In this document: positions 37,151-49,849 of the stretch, piece by piece
Numbering within the stretch: position 1 is the stretch's first letter
Layout: each line of letters opens with the position of its first letter
Assembly (NCBI GenBank): GCA_021432655.1
Contig: MU271198.1
Location: 1 to 64,000, forward strand
Direction: 5' to 3'
DNA: 64,000 nt
Origin: Atractiella rhizophila
Lineage: Eukaryota
Notes under the pieces: model-generated
The model's input: the letters and a program-made list of their open reading frames with translations, nothing else
Told to the model about the DNA's origin: nothing
The model's database searches: none
Made by a program: the position numbers and the translations under genes

Positions 37151-38615
37151 ATGCCCACCTTTCTGCCTCCCAACTCAAGCGTCGATTGGGATAATCTCAA
37201 GTTTGAACTCTCCCCAACTCACGGTTACGTCCTCTGCCAGTGGACTGAAAGCAAAGGATGGGATGCAGAGCCGCGTTTTGTAGAAGGAAATCAGCTTAGT
37301 ATTAATGTCGCCAGCATTGCGCTCAATTATGGACAAACGGTGAGTCTTGATGTTACCTAACAGAAGCAAAACTGAACGCTGTTCGGAAACGTCAAAGTGC
37401 TTTGAAGGTCTCAAGGCGTTTAGGAGGAAAGATGGATCTATCAAGCTGTTTAGGCCTCAAGAGAATGCAAAGAGGCTCGCTACATCAGCAGAGGCAATCT
37501 GCTTACCCCCGGTTAGCGAGGAATTGTAGGCCATCGACTTTCACGGTTTTGCATTGTCTCAGGCATTTGATGCCAGATTTTTGAAAGCCTGCCACCTCGT
37601 CGTGGAGAAGAACCAAGATCTCGTACCCCCGTACTCACCCAATGCATTGAAAGGGAGTCTCTACATACGTCCGGTGTTATACGGCGCAGGTGGGGGGATC
37701 ATGTTGCGGCCCAGCCCAGAAGTCAACTTCATCGTATTTTGTACCCCCGCCGGAGGTTTCTATGCTGGTACGCTCCTTTTTTCCCTGAAGTTTTGGTTAT
37801 AACTTTATCGCGCAGGGGGCAGTGAAATCAGTAACATTCCATCCATCGATGCCGTCGTGGTCGACGATTTCGATAGAACAGCACCACTGGGTAAGTCTAC
37901 AGCTCTCCTGCTTGAATGCGTACTCATGAAAGCGCAGGCACGGGTCATAGCAAGCTAGGTGGCAACTATGCTCCAGTATTCGGCCCTGCTTCGAAAGCTA
38001 AACAGATGGGCTTTGGCATCACGTTACATCTCGTGAGAACATGTCTTGGCAGCCCAATGCCCTTGCTAATTAATTCTAGGACTCGCTCACACACACCTAC
38101 ATCGATGAATTCTCTACATCTAACTTCTTGGGTGTAAAATATACTAATTCAACTGATCCTACGATGAATCCCGTTCTCGTTGTCCCAGTTCGTACTTTTC
38201 TTCGTTCTGTCATCCTCTTACGTTCTCCCCACAGCAATCGCCAACCATTTTACCTTCAATAACTCAGAAGAGCATTGTCGAGCTGGCGAACGTATTGGGC
38301 TGGACCGTAGAAATCAGACCCGTCAGATTTGAGGAAGTGGAAAGTGGTTCGTTTAATGAAGTTGGTGCGTAACGAAGAAATTAGCTTCGGAGTGTCCTCA
38401 TTTTCATCGCAGGAGCTGTGGGAACCGCGGCTGTGATCACCCCAGTGAAGTCGATTGCACATCGCCGATCCCTGGAGTCGAAGGACTACGAAAAGATTAA
38501 AATAAATGATGGCAATCCAACCGTCCTTTTCAAGCTCATTGATGAATTGACGGGTATTCAAGCTGGTGACAAAGATGACAGAGGGAAAGGATGGTGCTGG
38601 TGGCCAGAAGATTAG
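37151..38615 (+). CDS. Branched-chain amino-acid aminotransferase (PLP fold IV)
   Basis: [35 protein letters not shown]-lysine motif [26 protein letters not shown]. Confidence 0.93.
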
Positions 38616-38936
38616 ACAATTGAAGAGGGGGTTTCTCCTCGTATTGTTATTCAAATCTTGCACCCGCGACCTGGGTACAGATGTACAAATATAATCAAGC
38701 TATACAGCGCCTGCTCCCAATACTAAGGTATTGTGAATCAAGAAGTAAAGAAGAGACAAGTGCAGTATGACATGGCAAGAACTTCGGAAGAATGCAGAAC
38801 ATATGTGAGAATGTTGACCCGATAGGATTTCGATTTACTGAAAAGAAGTTTACGAAAGGATAAATAGATGGCAAACTGAAAATGTGCGCAAATGGCGCCG
38901 TGTACATACTTATATATTCTATCGATCCTGTATGGC

Positions 38937-41900
38937 TCAAGCTGCAAAAATCTTGACGAGTTGTCTCCGGAAGTTTTCCAGGCACCTTGGAATTTCTACT
39001 AAACGTGGACCTTGCGGTTCTGGTTCCAGTAAAGGTTCGACCCGCGATTTCCCTGTGGTACTGCAATCAGAACAATGTTGGGCAAGTTGGATTATCGGCC
39101 TACCCTGGCCATCACCGTCTACGATGACGGGATCATCGCCGTCGACGTCTGCTGCATATCTTCGGCCTGTAACGTAATTAGAAACCATTCTCTCAAAAAG
39201 CCTGTCTTACACATCAGTTCATATGCTCGCCGTTTCCTATGCTTCTGGTATTCGACGAGCTCGTCTATTTCACCTAGCAGGTAGTCCCTATCTTCCTCTC
39301 CTTTCGGCAACAACGAATCAAGATCTAGCGTCTGGGCGAGTCCTCGGCGCAAGAAAAGTGAGCACGTCCAACACCACTGAAAGAACTCCTCAACAATGGT
39401 GTCATTCTGGTGAACACTGTGGATGTAGGAGTAGAGAGGTTGGGTATGACGGGCGAGCAGGCGAGAAATGACCTTGACGGATTTTTGAGGATCTTGAATT
39501 CGGCTTCGAAGGGCCTCAACAATGATGATAAGTTGATCTAGGAACTTTTGCAAGTCGAGGATGGCAGATGAAGCATTCCCAATTTTGTATGTCCGCTTGA
39601 GAAATTCCATCAGAGGTGACACCAAAACTTCGAGCGCGTCAGTCAGTTGCTCGTCAGCAAGCATTGAACGGATTTGAGCAGCATCACGCTGTTTAGATAG
39701 CAATTTGAGATATTTCTGAAGGTCCAAGATCAATCGAACGTGTGGATTGTCGACGAGGAATTTGCCCAGAGGAGTTGGGTTGGTCTTTTTGACAAAACTT
39801 CGGTAGGTTTTTGCTGCCTTGACAATTCGATCAAGATCGACTTTGTCAAGGCGAGGGAGATCTGCTCCTCGAACGATAGTCACAACAAGCTCAAGATTGT
39901 TTGATTCTACCATGCATCATCAGCGACAGTCAGGTACGGAATTAAGACATACGAGCATGCCTCCTAATCGTTTCTTTGACATCTCTTGGTGCATGGACAA
40001 AACGATACAACTTTTCATCTTGAATTCGGCTTCGAAGGGCCTCAACAATGATGATAAGTTGATCTAGGAACTTTTGCAAGTCGAGGATGGCAGATGAAGC
40101 ATTCCCAATTTTGTATGTCCGCTTGAGAAATTCCATCAGAGGTGACACCAAAACTTCGAGCGCGTCAGTCAGTTGCTCGTCAGCAAGCATTGAACGAATT
40201 TGAGCAGCATCACGCTGCTTAGATAGTAATTTGAGATATTTCTGAAGGTCCAAGATCAATCGAACGTGTGGATTGTCGACGAGGAATTTGCCCAGAGGAG
40301 TTGGGTTGGTCTTTTTGACAAAACTTCGGTAGGTTTTTGCTGCCTTGACAATTCGATCAAGATCGACTTTGTCAAGGCGAGGGAGATCTGCTCCTCGAAC
40401 GATAGTCACAACAAGCTCAAGATTGTTTGATTCTACCATGCATCATCAGCGACAGTCAGGTACGGAATTAAGACATACGAGCATGCCTCCTAATCGTTTC
40501 TTTGACATCTCTTGGTGCATGGACAAAACGATACAACTTTTCACACATGGTGGGACTTTGTATCCTAGTGCGAATGGCATCCAACTCATTGTAAAGTTTG
40601 ATCGGCTCATCATCAAGCGTGGCTGCTAGAATTCTGTCGTCCATGTTAACACAAATTTACTGTTGACACGGGAACGTACTTTTGAAGCAAACTTCGCTGG
40701 CCGAACTTTTTGCTCAAGAGTATGTCTTGCATAGCTGTTGCCATCATGGACGAGCGTGGTAATTTGAGAGCTTGTCGAACAAGGAACCAAGGAAACTGAG
40801 AGTTAAGAGACTTAATCGTGGCGAAGATCACACTCGAATGCTCGCCAGCAACCAAGAGATCGTAAATGGATTGAGCAATACTATGGAAGCATATGAGTTC
40901 CACTGTCAAAAGAGGGTTCTCTTGCTTACTTAGTTCGATTCCATTCGGCAGCTCGAAGGAAGTTCTGAGGCAGGTCCTCGAATTGCGGCGTCTGACGAAT
41001 AGCATCTGACAAATTGGCTAAACCTTCGCCATGCACACATTCGTTCTGAACTTCCACCACGAAATCGTGAAGGCTCTTGACTCGATCAGCAGTCGTCTGA
41101 GCAACATTCAGTCTCGTGGTCCGCCTTTCTTGATCAATAAGCTCCCGCCTCTGCATGTCTCGAATATCCTTTTCTTTTGGACGTACTGCGCCGAGAAGTA
41201 AGAAAGCAGCCGTCTCTTTCTGATGTCCAACTGTTCGAACGGAGAGAGTATCTCGTAACCATGAGCGTAACGCCCGACGCTGAGGTTCATATGGCGGTAA
41301 TTTTGAGAGGTCAACATCGATGGTTTGTAATGGAGCATTCAACATGGAAGGCGCTATCGAGCCTCGATCTGAAAAGGTAACCATGGATCGACCTGATATC
41401 GTATTCCGTCGGCTAGCGATGCTAGTACCTCCAGTCGGAGCGGCGACTTGATCTAAAAAGTTTTTGCGGTAACCGCTTTTCGATTTCTGCGCTCTGAGAC
41501 CCTCAAAGTTAACTTGAGGTCCATCGTCTTCTAACGCTGCTTGTATCCGCTGTGAAAGCTGCTGGCTTTGATTGGACTTGTTTTTTGACTTCTTTTCTGG
41601 TTTTGTGGCGATCACTCCCTCGTCGTCCTTGTCCTTTGCTTGAGGAAGACGTCGGATGTGCGAGGAGGGATATTGTTTGTCGAGTTCGCCCAGATACTTC
41701 TTGAACTGGGCTTCATTGCGAAGAACGTATTCATCTCGCCTTGCAGGTCGTCGAACGCGGATGATGAAGTACTTTTGTCTAGTCAGGGCGGCTCGGGCGA
41801 AATGAATGGAATGAATGCGTACATGTTCAAATAGTCCCTTCCTTACACCAACCACATCAACCTCAAATCCACCCCACGCCACTCTGTGAACTGGTGTCCC

Positions 41901-44025
41901 TTTCCAAAATGGCACTGGTGCTCCCCATGGCCACGAATGACCGTACTTAGGCACCAAATCAATGCTGACCTCGTTCTTATGAGGCGCATCCAGAGGTACT
42001 GATCGTGGAGGGCGATAATTTGGCCCCAGTTCTTCGGGCAAAGCCATGGCAAAAATTCCCGGGAGGCGTCTTCCGTGGTCGTCGCTGGAGGGATCTGGCG
42101 TGTGGAAGCCAGGAGAGATTCTACTTGGCTCTAGACTATACCCTTGCACTTCTCCATCTGAAGACGAAAGATTCCTATCCATTGGCGAAGACCAAATCCT
42201 TCCATTCGTCGAAGCACTTGGTGCCTTCGACTTGCTTTCGTCCTCCCGCCGACCTAACGTCTCTTGCTGGTGGGTAAACCCGTTCTCGTTCCTCATGTCA
42301 GGGGTATAAGGATTCGGAGTATACATTGGGGTATGACCTCCAAACTCGTCCGCGGTGACTGCCTCATCGTCCGAATTCTCCAACGTCGTAGGTGGGAGGG
42401 TGGATTGTCGAGATAGATTTTGTTCCCTCTTCATAGTTGTATCTGAAGGCAAGCGTCCATTCGGCGGTCGACTTGGCTCATTCTTTGCTGCCCTTACCTC
42501 AGTTTGTGGACCTGAAGTGCTGATGGGAGTGACAGATCGGACGGGTGGAAGTTTGGGATTGTTGATTGTCATCCGACTATTTGGTCGCACATCTTGGGGA
42601 GAATCAACAATGCTGGCGGATTGGGATATTTGAGTTGCCCGTCTGTCGACCTTGCTTGCATTTGCTCGTCGGAAGGAAGGGAAGAAGGAGAATCTTTTCT
42701 TCTCTGATGCGGGAGACTGGACATCTTGAGGGGTGACGCGATTCGGTTGCTCCCATTCGAAGTTCATCAGCGGATTGTACATCGACTCGCGGTTCCCGAA
42801 CCTGCTCTCCCTATTCCCATCCTCCTGCTCCACACCACTGTACACCTTAAGGCCGCCGCAAACGAACTTTTGCAAAGTCTTCCGGATGTATATCCCCCAA
42901 ATAATACTCCACAAACTCCTCTCGCTCCTGTCCATGGGCTCTGACAAATCTTTCTGGTGCAATGCTTGGAGAAGTGGAAGAAGACCGCGAGTCCAAAAGA
43001 CTGGCATTGAGGCAACCCCATAGTCATCATCCGGATGAGGCTGAAACTCTCCATGATCGGCAGTATAGAGGGAAGGGGTGTCTCGAATGAGCGGGAAGGT
43101 GAGGAGAAAGTTTCGAATGAGATATCGCATGATTGGGGTCTTGTCTGACGTCAATATCCATGAGAACTAGCAGAGAGAAACTCACATCACGAGCGCCAAC
43201 AAAATTAAAGTCGTCTTCCCCTTCCTCTTCAGAATGGATGTCTTCAGGATGTACCTCCAAATCCTGCAACTTCCACAAGCTCCCACATTCCTCTTGGATT
43301 TCTATCCCTATCAAACACCGTAAGAAGTACCACAGTTCCTCTGGCGTTTTGATGTTCTCGTTGAATCCTGTAAACCGAATCGAAGGTGTACCTTTTGGTG
43401 TTCCTTTTTTGGAAGACGAAACGTGAGAGGGAATAGGAGGAGGGTTGGAGGTCCCAGCGGTTTCGCCGTCTCTAGCACCTTTCCAAAACAGATACCCTCC
43501 AGCAACACTGGCATTCGTTGCTACTGAACTCGCCGAAGTTTTTCTCTTCCTCCTCCTCTTCTCTCCATTCACATGGTCGTTTCCATTCGCATGGGCTCTT
43601 TCTGGCATAGGAGCTGGAGAGCCAGCCCGGGACGGTGGTTTCGATCCTGCTAACTTCATGCTCTTCACGCTTCGCCTGTCGTCGTACAACTCGTGACCAT
43701 AGATTCGAGGAGAACGATCGAATTCTGCACCTTCGAGAGGAACCGTGACGGGGTTGGGAGAAACGGGCATTTTTGAAGGCTGAGAGGAAACTCTTCTACG
43801 GACAGGAGGATTGTGTGTGGTCGACTCGCGATCTCCCTCGTAACCGCTGCTGCTCTGTTCTGCGTTGGAAAACTGCCTGTGAGTTGGTGGAGCACGCGCG
43901 ATTTTTCCTGCTGAGCGAGAGTGCTGAGGTGAGGAATAAAGGGGGAAGGACTGAGTATTGGTGCTTGCAGATTCAGGAGGGTTGGGTAAGGCGGAGTAGA
44001 ACTCGTTTGCAAGACTGCCGCACAA
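38937..44025 (-). CDS. Large fungal PX-domain protein with PX-associated helical region (start codon not located, probably slightly upstream)
   Basis: PIMRYLIRNFLLTFPL, GFEVDVVGVR, FIIRVRR..YVLRNEAQF..L..QYP, QRRALRSWLRDTL, FPWFLVRQALK, GQRSLLQ. Confidence 0.8.
39491..40543. repeat. Tandem duplication E, period 526 bp, within the PX gene (480 nt exonic, in frame)
   Basis: 39491-40017 and 40017-40543 share A40017; differences G39671/A40197, T39692/C40218, C39701/T40227. Confidence 0.97.
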
Positions 44026-44048
44026 ATGGGGTGAGCTCTACATTCACG

Positions 44049-45617
44049 GGGAAAGAGCAAATTGAGGTCAAGAGCGTCATCACACTTCTATAAGTATCAG
44101 GTTTTATTTATGGCCAAGCCATACGACATGCTCAGCACTAAATACACTCTATCGGTCCTCCCAAACCCATTGCCATTTGCCGGCGCGTCATAGCAAGACA
44201 AGAAGACCAACTCACTGAATTCTCTCACGACTGGCTGCTCCTTCATCCCAAAGCCCCATATTATCTCTCCTCCTGTTTACAGATCGATCTTGGGGTTCGG
44301 AGGGAAATCTGCCACTGTTATAGTCGTGGCTGAAAGAGCTAGACTCCCCGCGTGAACCCATCTGCGTAGTCCAATCCATCTTCCCGGGTCGCAGTCACGA
44401 CAAACCCAAACTTCCTTCCTCCGTGCGAATGGCTGAGGACTTATGCTTGTGGGTAGCGGGATGAACTAATAGAGGTGTCGTCGTCGTCGGACTGGCTCGC
44501 TGGACGAAACGCAAAGGAGTGCGACTGAATTCGGGAAATCTGGTTCCGGCACAGTTTGGGAGATCCTTTCGATTTACATAATGCAAAGCAACACCAGCAT
44601 GTTCGAATATATTGAGGCAGATGGAACCGCAAGTGGTGAGGAATAGGAAGAAATTAGTAAAATTACAACATCCATAAAAAGAGCACTGATGCACAGAAAG
44701 ATGCATTAAAATTCACTCGGTTCTCGCTAACTTGACTTCCCGCTCTTCCTCTCCCCTTGCATCTGGCTCCTTCCTCTTCATACCAGCGTGCACATTGGTT
44801 GCTACGCTTGTAGTATCCATCAGCACCGGATCAGGGAAAGAGCAAATTGAGGTCAAGAGCGTCATCACACTTCTATAAGTATCAGGTTTTATTTATGGCC
44901 AAGCCATACGACATGCTCAGCACTAAATACACTCTATCGGTCCTCCCAAACCCATTGCCATTTGCCGGCGCGTCATAGCAAGACAAGAAGACCAACTCAC
45001 TGAATTCTCTCACGACTGGCTGCTCCTTCATCCCAAAGCCCCATATTATCTCTCCTCCTGTTTACAGATCGATCTTGGGGTTCGGAGGGAAATCTGCCAC
45101 TGTTATAGTCGTGGCTGAAAGAGCTAGACTCCCCGCGTGAACCCATCTGCGTAGTCCAATCCATCTTCCCGGGTCGCAGTCACGACAAACCCAAACTTCC
45201 TTCCTCCGTGCGAATGGCTGAGGACTTATGCTTGTGGGTAGCGGGATGAACTAATAGAGGTGTCGTCGTCGTCGGACTGGCTCGCTGGACGAAACGCAAA
45301 GGAGTGCGACTGAATTCGGGAAATCTGGTTCCGGCACAGTTTGGGAGATCCTTTCGATTTACATAATGCAAAGCAACACCAGCATGTTCGAATATATTGA
45401 GGCAGATGGAACCGCAAGTGGTGAGGAATAGGAAGAAATTAGTAAAATTACAACATCCATAAAAAGAGCACTGATGCACAGAAAGATGCATTAAAATTCA
45501 CTCGGTTCTCGCTAACTTGACTTCCCGCTCTTCCTCTCCCCTTGCATCTGGCTCCTTCCTCTTCATACCAGCGTGCACATTGGTTGCTACGCTTGTAGTA
45601 TCCATCAGCACCGGATC
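44049..45617. repeat. Tandem duplication F, period 785 bp (PX gene upstream region plus forkhead gene 3' end)
   Basis: 44049-44832, then A44833, then 44834-45617; identical ORFs at 44395 and 45180. Confidence 0.97.
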
Positions 45618-48600
45618 GATAGGAATGGGCGGGCTCCCACTCGCCACTGTCGGGGTATGATCAACTGAACCGTTCCGTTGAGAAATGGCTCCAGCAGGTT
45701 GAGGTTGACGATTGACAAATTGTGTCTGAGGACGATTATGTTGATTCTGTGGGAGCATCTGTGGGAGGACTGGAACAGGTCTACCGTGATTTGTTGTTAC
45801 CGGGCGAGCAGTTGGACCAGTAGCATTCTGCTGCGACGCTCTTGGTTGGCTCGGTGCAGGCGGGCGAAAGCCTGAAGGCTGAGGGCCTGAAGAAGAAGGT
45901 GGACCGTAAATAGGTGTTCGACGAACTAGTACTTGATCAGATTTGTTTCTTCTGCTAAGGGAAGGGAGACATTACCTGTATCGGCTGCCTGTTGCTGTGT
46001 GCGAGCGCCGTACTGGGGAGGACGTGCACCAGGGTTTTGTTGGTACGGTAGAGAGCGGGATGGAAGGTTCTGCTGTTGCGATCCAGGCAGTTGTCGCACT
46101 TGTTGTTGTGGCTGTGATGACGACGGCAGCCCACCAACTTCACTGGCTGATTGGCTATGTTGACGGCTCTGTGGCTGCGTCGACGCGGGATGGCTCTGAG
46201 GTATTGGCGGTCGTTGACTAGGTTGCATCGGGGATGGAACGGATTTTTGGGGAGGCGCTGGGAGGGAATGTCCCTCGCTCTTCATATCGACATCTTGAAG
46301 GTTCTGCGATGGCGGACCTTGCGTCGGATCGTGCAATGGTGGTGCATTATTTTGCTGTGGGGGACGATTCTGATTGAACGCCTGCCTCTGCGTAAAGCTG
46401 CCGTGAATGGGTTGGTTCTGTTGTTCCCTAAACTCCTGCTGCATGCTCTGCCTCTGAATCTCCTTCAACTCATTCGGATTTTCCTTCATCCGCTTCATCT
46501 TGTCTTTGAAACTATTAAATACGTATTGCTGTAATATCTTCAGAGCTTCCTTCGCTCCCAAGCTCGATAAATCTTTGACTTGCTGTTCCGTTAGATGGCT
46601 GAAAAGCTCAGGCGAGAGTATTAGTTTGCCTTGATGTACAACGATAGTCGGATCGTGCAATGGTGGTGCATTATTTTGCTGTGGGGGACGATTCTGATTG
46701 AACGCCTGCCTCTGCGTAAAGCTGCCGTGAATGGGTTGGTTCTGTTGTTCCCTAAACTCCTGCTGCATGCTCTGCCTCTGAATCTCCTTCAACTCATTCG
46801 GATTTTCCTTCATCCGCTTCATCTTGTCTTTGAAACTATTAAATACGTATTGCTGTAATATCTTCAGAGCTTCCTTCGCTCCCAAGCTCGATAAATCTTT
46901 GACTTGCTGTTCCGTTAGATGGCTGAAAAGCTCAGGCGAGAGTATTAGTTTGCCTTGATGTACAACGATGGGCGGATCTTTCAGGAGCGTGGCAGCAAGT
47001 GTTGTGGTGCCAGGTGCTGAAGGGGGAGGGACGTAGTCAGGAGGAATAGGTGCAATGATGATCGGTACGGGAGGAGGCCGTAGGCGCGTCGGTGGTGATG
47101 ATGGAGGAATGGGGGCAGGAGGTCGATTTGCAGGATGGGGCTGCTGAGGTGGAGGGTAAGCTGAATTTGGTGGAGCATGTCCTGGAGGGTAACCTGATGG
47201 AGAAGTAGTTTGAGCGTGGTGGAATGATTCAGGACGTTGGTTAGGATGTGCGCTTGCTTGAACTTGAGCTGACGTCGTCTTCGACTGGCCAGCTCCTGCA
47301 CCCTTGTTCCACTTCATCCCGTCAAACTCATGCTCCATTTCTGGATTAATCATCCAAAGCGACCCCTTCCCTTCTTCGTTCTCCATTCGTGCAGTCTTAA
47401 TGAAGAGCCCTTTAAGACTGAGATTATGTCGTATCGAGTTCTGGAAATAGTTTCAGCATCTGAATCCAGTAAGGCTAGGACATGCACGAACCTGCCAGGC
47501 AGCTGTGTTGTCTTTATAGAACTGATATCGAGCTACAATCCACTCATAGATCCCAAGCAAGCTCAGCCTCCTACCAGGAGTATCCCAAATCGCCTGTGCA
47601 GCCAAACTGGCGTATGTATACGGCGGCTTGGTCATTCCCCAATTCTCAAAGAGGACGACCCTGTCAGCGGGAGGCCTAGGAGGCGGCATTTTGGGTCGTT
47701 CTTCGCCTTCCATTTCATGTCGCGGTCGCTTTTTGGCCAATTGGTGCGTCGGAGCTTGCGGCATCTGTGGAAAATCTGACATGTCATGGAGAGGAGGATG
47801 AGGATGAGGGGCGGGAGAATAGATTGGTATGAGTCCGAGGTCATCGTCGTCGAGATCAGAAAACGTCTCTCCTTGCTCCATCATTCGCTCCGGTTTCGAT
47901 TTCGGAGCTGAAGACATGCTAGAAGGACCAACATCCGTAGAGGCAGCAGGTTCAGAATTCTTCACAGCTTTTTGCTTCGGTTTTGATGTTTCGGCAGGTT
48001 GGGCCTTCTCCTTCCCCTTCTTCTTCGTCTCCTTCGCCCTTTTCTCCTTCTCTTTCACCGCTTTTCCCTTCTTAGCTTCCTTCTCCTTCCCCTTTGCTCC
48101 CGTTACCGTCTTGCTCGCTTTCGCTGGTGCGGCGGTTTTGGTCTTCCCTTTCCCTTTCCCGCCTCCTTTTCCGCCTTTAGCACCTCCCTTGGCGGTCCCT
48201 TTGGCACCTTTCTTTCCAGGAGGCTGAATGTCAAGGACTGGAGGTTTCGATGGTGGTCCCGGTTTGGGAAGGTGGAGAGTGAAGGATGGGCCGGCGGAAG
48301 GAGGTTGCTTTGACGCAGGGGGAGGTGGTCCTCTTCCCTTGGCTAGGCCTGGTGGAACAGTGTGAACGACCTCATCATCGCCATCGTCTTCGTCTGAGGA
48401 GAGCGGAGGTGTTCCTACGCCAGAAGCTGCAACTCCTTCAGAACCATCCTCCCATTCATCATCGTCGAAATGTTCTTCTCCGCAGGTCGAGCATAAGCTT
48501 CCTTCTTCTTCTTCGTTTTCGTACTTGACCTTCGATCGCAAGCGGGACGCAACTTCAGAATTTTGGGACGACGGTACTGAATTTGGGAGGACAAAATAGA

Positions 48601-49126
48601 ATATACGTTCAGCGATCTGAATCTTGGACCTGATTCCACACCAACAGCCCATAAATCTATGTATTCTGTTTAAAATACACACGCACCTAGCCGACAGCGA
48701 AATAGTTTCTCCCTTAGCTCTCCATACATCATCAACAACGACCCCATTTCTCCCTCGTACCTCCAACATCCACTTCCCCAACCCTGCCCTCCCACCTCTT
48801 TTCGAAGCATCCCAAAACAATCGCGCATGATCCCTTGAGACAGCCTTGATAGGGCCAAGGTCGACATCCGGCTGTTTGGGTCCCTCTAAGCTCTCATCCT
48901 TGACTTTCTCATCTGACGCATCCACCAGAGCTCCTTCTCCAGGGACCTGAGACTTAAGCGCTCGTCCGATTGAAACAGAGGTCGTCTTGATGTACCAATT
49001 ATGATTAGGAAATTCGAGTTTAGCATAGGCTCTAATGAGTTCGGGTGTTTGGGCCTGAAGGCTCCCTTCCGCGTCGACATTGCTGCCGGCAGGAGAACCG
49101 TTCAGCGTCTCGCTCTCTTCCTTCAT
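45498..49126 (-). CDS. FHA plus forkhead transcription factor (Fhl1/Fkh-like)
   Basis: FHA: RAYAKLEF..VSIGR..DVDLG..VSRDHARL..GRNGVVVD; forkhead: KPPYTYASLAAQAI..IYEWI..WQ..IRHNLSL..GKGSLW; Gln/Pro-rich C-terminus. Confidence 0.92.
46323..46969. repeat. Tandem duplication G, period 324 bp, in frame (108 aa) within the forkhead gene
   Basis: 46323-46645, then A46646, then 46647-46969; IVVHQGKLILSPELF...PPLHDPT appears twice. Confidence 0.97.
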
Positions 49127-49849
49127 CGCGCATCCCAAATTTCTGATTCGTTCACTTGCGTCAAAGTTTTCAGACAAAAAGGACGATTATCCTTTCGCTG
49201 TGGTAATCGAGTTTCGCGGGAGAGGCGAGTGCGACAGAAGTGCTAGGGAAGTGTGAAATTGTTGACTTCGTCGTTTGTTCACGTTTCTGATCAAATTTCG
49301 GTAACGACGGTTCCGTCCGCCTTGAATTTCCAGTCCTCATATTTGCTGAACTGAAGGCGTCCATAAGCCATAGAATATCATGTATATCATGGTTGACAAG
49401 GACCTCGTCAAAGGATGAGAGGCAGATACTAGGACTAGCAGTTTCTACAGATGCTTACAATTAACTTGAAGCATTGGACAGCTCGTGAGCTCTAAAGAGA
49501 AATTAGGGGAAGATCTCTGCTGAAGCAGTGATCATACACGCTTTTCTAGCAGATCAAAGCTATTAGGGGAAGTCCAAATGATGTTTCTGGAAGTATTCCT
49601 CTTCCCATCCCAATGACCAATGAGTGATGTTCTTTCGCATCCCGCCGTTCCTTTAAATATTTTGGCGGGAAGATAGAAAGGGGTTTCGTGGATCTTCACG
49701 CTAATAAAGCGTCTCATTTCTGTTTATCCAGTTACTTCTACCACCACCTGCAGGCTCAGGATAACACAATCAAGTCGTTGAGCTCCGATCGAAGCCACAT
49801 AGCCTGAGACTCACAAGGTGTCCGGCTAGCAGCTCTGATTCTGCTTGTC

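Noticed and set aside
3682..40227. RIP-like or methylation-driven mutation of the repeats
   Set aside because: Only a couple of differences are CpG transitions; transversions occur, polarity is mixed and coding changes are all silent, which fits allelic variation better
921..46969. Duplications as transposon products (LTRs, target-site duplications, Helitron capture)
   Set aside because: No transposase, RT or helicase ORF, no terminal repeats, and the units share no sequence with each other
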